Notes under the pieces: model-generated
Databases searched by the model: none
What the model was told of the DNA's origin: nothing
What the model saw: the letters and a program-made list of their open reading frames with translations, nothing else
Position numbers and translations under genes: made by a program
Source: Spirochaetota bacterium
GTDB taxonomy: Bacteria; Spirochaetota; Spirochaetia; JABEVK01
DNA length: 64,000 nt
NCBI GenBank assembly: GCA_020049045.1
Contig: JAIFLN010000101.1
Location: 2,117-66,116, forward strand
Direction of reading: 5' to 3'
Shown here: one piece after another, positions 57,770 through 64,000 of the stretch
Layout: every line of letters starts with the position of its first letter
Numbering within the stretch: the first letter of the stretch is position 1

Positions 57770-58152
57770 GGCTGGGCAGCCTCCAGATGCAACGGTTTGA
57801 GTTCAAAGGGGAATTCAAAGTCCTCTTTAAATTCTTGTGCCAAGTCGAGCGCCCTGTTGTTTTTTTCCTCGTAAAACCACAGCACAGAGACTTCGCAGCC
57901 ACGCTGATTGGCTTCGGCCAGCAAATCCAAAAGGTCGAGCAGGCACTTAGTGCTGCTGGAGTTCATATAGTGGATGTTCACCTCGAGCCGAAGCACCTTC
58001 AGGGTGGGAAGCACTGAATGAAACCAGGCGAAGACGGGTTCAAAGAACGAGAACGAGTTTTCCGGATAGGACTCACCGGAAATCTCGAAAGTTTGCAGGG
58101 CTTCGTTGTAATGAATGCGGGGGGTGGTCTTGGTGGCATCAATAGAAATCAT
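57766..58152 (-). CDS. siaC: DUF1987 / SiaC-like partner-switch phosphoprotein
   Basis: 128 aa. MISIDATKTTPRIHY...FEISGESYPEN matches the DUF1987 N-terminus. Size and operon position match SiaC. Confidence 0.7.
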   Translation of the reverse strand: MISIDATKTTPRIHYNEALQTFEISGESYPENSFSFFEPVFAWFHSVLPTLKVLRLEVNIHYMNSSSTKCLLDLLDLLAEANQRGCEVSVLWFYEEKNNRALDLAQEFKEDFEFPFELKPLHLEAAQP

Positions 58153-58164
58153 GGTTCTATCTCC

Positions 58165-58698
58165 TCAAACAGTCACACAAAGGGTGAAAAAGACAAACAC
58201 ATCGTCCAAAGCTTGAAAACGGAACTCCAGTTTACCAGAAGCCCGGCGGGCCATCTCGATGATGCCGACACCAGCTCCCTGAGCGTCGGCAGGTCGTTGT
58301 TTGCGCAGTTCTTCCTTGTAACGGCGCTTAAGGCCGTCCTTGTCCAGACCGTTGACCTCTTCCAACCTTCGAGTTAAATCCGCCACATCACTGCGCAGCA
58401 TGGAATTGCCGCAGGAAACACGGTAGTGTCCCTCCACCTGGTTGATCAGAATAATGGCCGAATCTTGCCCGAAACTCTCCAAATTTCGCCGGACAATGTA
58501 GTTTCGCGTATTTTGAGTCTGCTCAATATAGACCGCAAAAACATCGGTGATGATTCCTCGCTCCAGGTCCTTTTCTTCCAGATAACTTTTCGTGGCGTTA
58601 CCAATTTCTTCGAGAATACTATGGTTGAACGGGCCGTTGAAACTGATGAGCAGGCCTTGCTGTGAATATTCTTCTTTGAGCTGTAGAAGATCCTGCAT
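58165..58698 (-). CDS. siaB: SiaB-like protein kinase (GHKL-type)
   Basis: 177 aa, between the PP2C and DUF1987 genes. Size and position match P. aeruginosa SiaB. No strong motif seen by eye. Confidence 0.55.
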   Translation of the reverse strand: MQDLLQLKEEYSQQGLLISFNGPFNHSILEEIGNATKSYLEEKDLERGIITDVFAVYIEQTQNTRNYIVRRNLESFGQDSAIILINQVEGHYRVSCGNSMLRSDVADLTRRLEEVNGLDKDGLKRRYKEELRKQRPADAQGAGVGIIEMARRASGKLEFRFQALDDVFVFFTLCVTV

Positions 58699-60684
58699 TC
58701 ATTGTTCCTCCAGAGGATCAAGGTCAAAACCGAACAGCAACAGGTCATCCTTGGGCCGGAATGCCCCCTGGAAGCGGGCAAACTCGGCCTCAAAGGCGCT
58801 CTGTTGGTCTTTGAAGGGCTGCTGGCCCAGGGCCTCGATCAGACTGAGCACCCCTTCGCGCCCCAGGCCAAAACCCCTGGAGCCTCCTGGCAGATCCAGC
58901 ACACCGTCGGTCAGCAAATAGTAGCGGCGGCCAGGCAGCAAATCGATTTGGTGGGAAGCGATTTCGGGTTTGACCCGGTGGGAGCTGAAACCAAGATGGG
59001 TCCTGGTTCCCGCTATCTCCTGAACTCCGCCGGGTCCCAGCACGATCAGAGGCAACCCCGCCCCGGCGAACCGTAAAATTCCCTGGTCCCGCAACACCAG
59101 ACACAACCCGATGTCCAAACCGTTCTGAAGGTGTGCGGTCCCCTTGCCTACCCGAAGTGTCTCTTGCACGAGTCGATCCAGCCGGCTGAGGATGTGTCCG
59201 GGATTCTCGGGGCTGCCTTCGAGAACCTGGTTGAGCAGGGCGTTGACCATCATCGTCATAAACGCCCCGGGAACACCGTGTCCCGTGCAATCGACGGCCG
59301 CCACGCAGAACCCGCCGGGAATGGGACGAAAAAAACAAAAGTCCCCGCCCACGGTGTCGAGCGGTTTCAAAAGGAGAAAGCTGTGACCAATCTGGGCCGC
59401 CAGCTCTGGTCCCGAGGGTAGAATGGACGCCTGAATGAGGCGGCCGTACTGAATGGAATCCAGAAGCCGTCCCTGCGATTCAGACAGATCCCGGGTGCGC
59501 TCGGCCACCAGCTTCTCCAGGTTTTCGGTGTAGTCCCGGATTTTGGCGGCCATTTGGTTGAAGGAGCGGGCCAGGTGACCCAGCTCATTATCAGAGGCAA
59601 CGGCTAGCTGCACAGACCAGGACCCGGAAGCCACACTGTCGGCAGCATGGTTCAAGGCGACCAAGGGCCGCAAAACCAACCGGCTCAGCAGAAAGTACAG
59701 CGTTCCTAAAATCAGCATAAGGGAAACGAGAAACACGGCGGCAACCGGAAGGAAGCTGGTCCAGCTGAGAATGCGGCTGCCATCGACCAACACCAGATTG
59801 TACCAGTCGAGACTGGGAAGGTAGCCAACCACCGCTGTGAGCAAAAATCCATTGACTTCCAGGACACCAGAATCAACCGACCGCCCGCCCCACTCCTTGG
59901 TATGGACAAGCAGCGAATTCAGCACCCGCTGATTGTCAGCAGTGGCAAACAAATCATCGATGCCGGTACGTTCAGCATCGGTGCTGACCCGCGCATTGCG
60001 CTCGATCAAGGCTCGGTCCTTGTGTGCCAGTATGGCACCCTGACTATTCAAAACAATGGTTTGGATAGCAGGATCCGAGTGGTCCACCAACTGCGACAGG
60101 AATCCGGCCAGATCGATACCGGTTCCTGCAATGCCAAGGGTCTGTCCGGCCGAGTTCTTCACAAGGGTGTTGATCCAAACCCGGACCTCATCCAGCAGAA
60201 CATCGTAGTTGACGTTGATCCAATAAGGCCGGTCAAGAGAAAGACTGTCGAAAAACCAGCGGTCTGCCGGCTCAGTGGAGCGCAGACGGGTAGTTTCGAC
60301 GGGAGAGTTGCTGCGTGACTGAACGTAGTATTCCCCCGAATCCTTGATGGCAACAAACCAGGAGTTGTCCCGAAAGAGCCGAGCGTAACTGGCCAGCTGG
60401 GCTCGGGCCGCAGCACGCTTATCGGCGTCACCTTCGTCGGCCATCCAACTCTGAATCACCGGGTCGTCGACCAGTTTCAGACTAAGCACCAGTTCACGGT
60501 CAACCAGTGAGAGAATGCGATTTTTTTCCAGCTCGTTTTGTGACGTGGCGAACCGGAGAGTGTACTGCTGGGAAAGTGCGGTGACAACGCTGAGAAAGGC
60601 CACTGTCGTCGCCAGCGCGGTCACAACAAAAATGGCCCCGATAGCCGCCAGAAAGCTTTTGTGAAGTGAGCCAAGTTTGCCCAC
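58699..60684 (-). CDS. siaA: membrane-bound sensor PP2C (SpoIIE) phosphatase with periplasmic Cache-like domain and HAMP, SiaA-like
   Basis: TM1, about 270-aa periplasmic domain, TM2, HAMP (LRPLVALNHAADSVASG), and a C-terminal PP2C (GGDFCFF, DCTGHGVPGA). 661 aa. Confidence 0.8.
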   Translation of the reverse strand: MGKLGSLHKSFLAAIGAIFVVTALATTVAFLSVVTALSQQYTLRFATSQNELEKNRILSLVDRELVLSLKLVDDPVIQSWMADEGDADKRAAARAQLASYARLFRDNSWFVAIKDSGEYYVQSRSNSPVETTRLRSTEPADRWFFDSLSLDRPYWINVNYDVLLDEVRVWINTLVKNSAGQTLGIAGTGIDLAGFLSQLVDHSDPAIQTIVLNSQGAILAHKDRALIERNARVSTDAERTGIDDLFATADNQRVLNSLLVHTKEWGGRSVDSGVLEVNGFLLTAVVGYLPSLDWYNLVLVDGSRILSWTSFLPVAAVFLVSLMLILGTLYFLLSRLVLRPLVALNHAADSVASGSWSVQLAVASDNELGHLARSFNQMAAKIRDYTENLEKLVAERTRDLSESQGRLLDSIQYGRLIQASILPSGPELAAQIGHSFLLLKPLDTVGGDFCFFRPIPGGFCVAAVDCTGHGVPGAFMTMMVNALLNQVLEGSPENPGHILSRLDRLVQETLRVGKGTAHLQNGLDIGLCLVLRDQGILRFAGAGLPLIVLGPGGVQEIAGTRTHLGFSSHRVKPEIASHQIDLLPGRRYYLLTDGVLDLPGGSRGFGLGREGVLSLIEALGQQPFKDQQSAFEAEFARFQGAFRPKDDLLLFGFDLDPLEEQ

Positions 60685-60686
60685 TG

Positions 60687-61391
60687 CTACCCCAGGACCG
60701 CTTCAAGGGCCACTTCAACCATCGAGCCGAAGGTACGCTCGCGCTCTTCGCTGGTTGTATCGCCTCCGGTCACGAGGTGATCGCTGACCGTCAGCACCGT
60801 CAAAGCCTCGACCCCGTACTGGGCGGCCAGGGTGTAAAGTTCAGCGGCTTCCATCTCGACGGCAACGACCCCGAATTTCGCCCAGAGTTTCCACTGGTCG
60901 GGATCGTGAGTATAGAAGGAATCACTGGAGAGGATTTTACCCACATGAACCGGCAAGGTTCGGGCCCGGGCGGCCTCGTAAGCCCGGTGTAGCAAACGGA
61001 ACGACGGCGCCGGAGCGTAGTCCATCCCTTTGAAGCGGATTTTGTTCACCGCGGAATCGGTGGAGGCAGACAGCCCCAGCACCAAGTCGCGTACTTTCAC
61101 GGTGTCGCTGAGACCTCCGCAAGTTCCCACCCGGACCAGCTTTTGGCAGCCGTAATCGCGGATCAGTTCGTTGACATATATTGACAGGCTGGGCATACCC
61201 ATGCCGCTTCCCATCACAGAAACCCGTTGGCCGCGCCAGGTTCCTGTAAAGCCAAGCATATTGCGGACTTTGTTGAAACAGACGGCATTCTCAAGATAAT
61301 TCTCTGCGATAAACTGCGCCCGCAACGGGTCACCAGGCAGAAGGATGGAGGGGGCGATGTCCCCTTTGTGAGCGGCAATGTGAATGGACAT
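60687..61391 (-). CDS. deoD: purine nucleoside phosphorylase, DeoD type
   Basis: LLPGDPLRAQFIAE, MGMPSLSIY, VEMEAAEL. Confidence 0.9.
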   Translation of the reverse strand: MSIHIAAHKGDIAPSILLPGDPLRAQFIAENYLENAVCFNKVRNMLGFTGTWRGQRVSVMGSGMGMPSLSIYVNELIRDYGCQKLVRVGTCGGLSDTVKVRDLVLGLSASTDSAVNKIRFKGMDYAPAPSFRLLHRAYEAARARTLPVHVGKILSSDSFYTHDPDQWKLWAKFGVVAVEMEAAELYTLAAQYGVEALTVLTVSDHLVTGGDTTSEERERTFGSMVEVALEAVLG

Positions 61392-61412
61392 ACGATGATT
61401 GTACCATGAGAG

Positions 61413-62549
61413 CTAGCTTCTGCGGTGATCGACTATGGTTCCCTGACGCATCACTTTGGGTTGCAGTTGAATTCCGAAGGTTTTTTCAATAGCGAGCACC
61501 CGGGGCTCTTCCACCTCGTCGTTCAAGACAATGCTCAGTCCCGCCTTCCCTGCCCGCCCTGTTCGTCCGCAGCGGTGCTGGTAGTCTAGCGGTGTCTCAG
61601 GAACATCAAAATGGACCACATGGGTCACCCCTTCGATATGGAGGCCCCTTGCAGCCAGGTCGGAAGCCACGAGCAGAGTCACCGTTCCCTTATGAAACGA
61701 CTCTAAAGCCCTTTGGCGGTCCTGCTTCATCAGCGATCCATGCAGGCTTTCGGCCTTCAAACCATGGTGACGCAATTTGTCGGCCAGCATTTCAATCTGA
61801 TCGGGTTTATTGAGAAACACCAGCGTCCGTTCAGGCGCAAGGGCATGGACTAGTTTTCGCAGCAGATCGTTCTTTTCGCGAAGCTCAGCAGAAAAGGACC
61901 AATGGGTGATGCCTGCCGGTATGGGCGCTTCCAGATCGAGCTTGATGACAGCGGGGTCTTTCAGAAATTCACGGGCAACGGTTTCTACCGACGCGGGAAT
62001 ACTTGCCGAGAAAAGCGCTAGCTGACGGCTTTTCAGCGTGGTCTTCAATATGGCGCGAAGTGTAGGCAGGGTGGCAGGATCAAACAGCCTGTCGGCTTCG
62101 TCGAGCACTACCGTGGTCAAAAAATGACCCGTGATCATCTTTTTTTCCAAGAGTTCTAGAATTCGCCCGCAGGTGCCCACCGCCACATGGGGCTTTTCTT
62201 TCAGCATCTCCTTTTGACGGGACAAATTGACACCACCCAGGAGTGCTATGTGCCGCAGCGTGGTTCCTGCTGAGAGGCGTTCCATCTGCCTCTGAATCTG
62301 TACCGCAAGTTCTTGAGTCGGAACGAGAATCAGGGCCTGAAGGTCCTTTCGGGTAGGGTCGAGGGCCTGAAAGATCGGCAGGAGATAGGCCAGGGTTTTT
62401 CCAGTACCTGTTCCCGACTGAACCACGAGGTCGCGGCGGGTGGAAAAGGGCTGCCAGACAGCACTCTGGACGGGTGTGGGATCGATCACCCCCTGGGCAT
62501 TCAGGGCGGCAAGCCAGGAGGCAGAAAGTGGCATAGCTTCAAAGGTCAT
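61413..62549 (-). CDS. DEAD-box ATP-dependent RNA helicase (minimal core, no C-terminal extension)
   Basis: Q-motif, GTGKT, PTQELA, VLDEAD, SAS, HRCGRTGRAG. Confidence 0.9.
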   Translation of the reverse strand: MTFEAMPLSASWLAALNAQGVIDPTPVQSAVWQPFSTRRDLVVQSGTGTGKTLAYLLPIFQALDPTRKDLQALILVPTQELAVQIQRQMERLSAGTTLRHIALLGGVNLSRQKEMLKEKPHVAVGTCGRILELLEKKMITGHFLTTVVLDEADRLFDPATLPTLRAILKTTLKSRQLALFSASIPASVETVAREFLKDPAVIKLDLEAPIPAGITHWSFSAELREKNDLLRKLVHALAPERTLVFLNKPDQIEMLADKLRHHGLKAESLHGSLMKQDRQRALESFHKGTVTLLVASDLAARGLHIEGVTHVVHFDVPETPLDYQHRCGRTGRAGKAGLSIVLNDEVEEPRVLAIEKTFGIQLQPKVMRQGTIVDHRRS

Positions 62550-62620
62550 GACCCACTATACCAGATTTGGACCTTGATTCCGGTTCTGAAAGGGTTATCT
62601 TTGCCTTTGGAGTCCCTTTC

Positions 62621-63871
62621 GTGAAGATCCACAATAACATTCTGCTGCAATACTCAATAGCGACCTTGGTTGTTACCTTGCTGATCAGTTTTTCACTGGC
62701 CGTTCTTTTGGCTGGAAATGTCACGAATTACTACCTGAAAAGCCATGTGGAGACCTTTCCGCAGATTGTCGCCCTCGCCTTTCAAGAAGATGAGCCGACC
62801 GCTCAGTGGTTCGAGGCCAATACAGCGGGAGAACCTCCTGCAGCGCTGAAAGCCCGCCTTGACCGGCTTCTCAACCTGGGCAAAATCTTCCGGCTGAAGG
62901 TGTGGACCCCAGACGGCACCATCCTCTGGAGCGACGAGCCATCTTTGGTCGGGCAGAGACTCCACAGCGATGAAATGGAAGAAGCTCTTCAGGGCCGTCC
63001 GGTCTACGAACTGGGAACTGCCGTCGCCTCGGAGAATATCGCGGAACAGGGTCATGGTACGGTTCTTCAAATTTACACACCCATTTTGCAGCAGAACAAG
63101 GTGGTGGGTGTCATTGAACTTTATGAAGACAACCAAGACCTGTTTCAGCAGATCACCTTGAACACACAAGCTGTCTGGGGTCTGGTGCTGGCTTTCGGTC
63201 TGCTCATCTATGGAGCGCTGTTTGTGGTGTTCTATCGGGCCTATACCAATCAGCGCAGAGCCAACCGGCAGCTGGAGCAGACCCAGGACGTGACGATTTT
63301 TGCGTTGGCATATCAGGCTGAGCTGCGAGATCATGAGACAGGAGAGCACCTGGAGCGTACCGCCCGGTACGTTGATTTATTGGCAGAAGCCTTGGGTCTG
63401 AATGTGCAGACCAGGTCGGACCTGGTCAGGGCTGCCCCTTTGCACGATATCGGCAAAGTAGGCATTCCTGACGCCATTTTGCTGAAACCCGGTCCATTTA
63501 CCCCCGAAGAGCGGGTTATTATGGAAACTCATTGTGAATTGGGTGACTCAGTGCTGGCTGCTGCCGAGGCAAAGCTTCCATTCCGTTCGTTTCTGACAAC
63601 GGCCCGCGAGGTGGTGAACTGCCACCATGAGAAGTGGGATGGATCGGGGTATCCCAAAAAGTTGGCTGGTGAGGCAATTCCTTTGGCTGGACGGATTATG
63701 GCAGTAGCCGATGTGTACGACGCCTTGCGCAGCCTTCGGCCTTATAAAGAACCGAGAACTCATGAAGAGTGTGTCCAGACCATCAAGGACTTGTCAGGGT
63801 CTCATTTTGATCCCAAGGTAGTGAAAGCTTTCGAATCGGTAGAGGCAGAAATCCGTAAAATTATGGTATGA
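62621..63871 (+). CDS. HD-GYP c-di-GMP phosphodiesterase with N-terminal membrane/periplasmic sensor region
   Basis: TM1, periplasmic ~170 aa, TM2, then HD-GYP ([24 protein letters not shown]). GTG start with GGAG 8 nt upstream; a TTG at 62567 is possible. Confidence 0.85.
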   Translation: MKIHNNILLQYSIATLVVTLLISFSLAVLLAGNVTNYYLKSHVETFPQIVALAFQEDEPTAQWFEANTAGEPPAALKARLDRLLNLGKIFRLKVWTPDGTILWSDEPSLVGQRLHSDEMEEALQGRPVYELGTAVASENIAEQGHGTVLQIYTPILQQNKVVGVIELYEDNQDLFQQITLNTQAVWGLVLAFGLLIYGALFVVFYRAYTNQRRANRQLEQTQDVTIFALAYQAELRDHETGEHLERTARYVDLLAEALGLNVQTRSDLVRAAPLHDIGKVGIPDAILLKPGPFTPEERVIMETHCELGDSVLAAAEAKLPFRSFLTTAREVVNCHHEKWDGSGYPKKLAGEAIPLAGRIMAVADVYDALRSLRPYKEPRTHEECVQTIKDLSGSHFDPKVVKAFESVEAEIRKIMV

Positions 63872-64000
63872 TGCCGTTCATGCAGGTTTCACGCTCCACA
63901 GCTTTTGAAGATGCTCTCCAGTTTTTTCCCGGCGGAGTGAATTCTCCCGTGCGAAGTTTCAAGGCGGTGGGAGGAACTCCTGTCTTCTTTGAAAAAGGTC
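63871..64000 (+). CDS. hemL: glutamate-1-semialdehyde 2,1-aminomutase, 5' end only
   Basis: [25 protein letters not shown] matches the HemL N-terminus. ATG overlaps the HD-GYP stop. Runs off the window end. Confidence 0.7.
   Translation, partial: MPFMQVSRSTAFEDALQFFPGGVNSPVRSFKAVGGTPVFFEKG

Overview
This is a chromosomal segment of a motile bacterium, probably a spirochaete (my inference). Three things point that way: a eukaryote-like type-2 IleS, LL-DAP aminotransferase DapL, and fliS. Background GC is about 50-55 %, with one block near 70 %. Coding density is high, mostly in operons.

What the window contains, in order:
- Housekeeping block on the minus strand: coaE, polA, a FlgN-like gene, fliS, a PD40/polysaccharide-deacetylase secreted protein, a small zinc-ribbon gene, lon, clpX, clpP, tig, then five tRNAs (Gly-GCC, Leu-TAG, Lys-CTT, Arg-TCG, His-GTG).
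- On the plus strand: type-2 ileS, a lipoprotein, a stand-alone hisH-hisF pair, and an MCP-like sensor-only membrane protein.
- An OmpR-type two-component system next to a GyrI-like gene.
- An iron locus: two tandem DtxR-family regulators, one with a FeoA/SH3 tail; fmdB; mrp; a pcnB-like gene; feoA-feoB; a tiny FeoB-associated Cys-rich peptide; an Smr gene; zinc-less L31 type B; and a secreted protein with two FMN-binding domains. A near-consensus DtxR iron box overlaps the feoAB promoter.
- dapL and a 5-formyl-THF cyclo-ligase.
- A sugar locus: a ChvE/Xyl-type ABC transporter preceded by a binding-protein / LytS-YesM kinase / YesN AraC regulator / binding-protein sensor module.
- A nitroreductase plus hypothetical operon, a large membrane protein, dinB, and an esterase.
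- A GC-rich island of three glycoside hydrolases (GH105/88, GH4, GH43).
- A lipoprotein with four tandem Ig-like repeats and a DUF3494 ice-binding-like C-terminal domain.
- ogt, dcp, a complete siaA-siaB-siaC-siaD-like partner-switch diguanylate-cyclase operon, deoD, a DEAD-box helicase, an HD-GYP phosphodiesterase, and the start of hemL.

I saw no rRNA, CRISPR array, transposase or integrase. I adjusted several gene starts away from the ORF-track extremes, using signal peptides, ribosome-binding sites and family N-termini. Many long ORFs in the track are antisense or high-GC artefacts and are listed as rejected.
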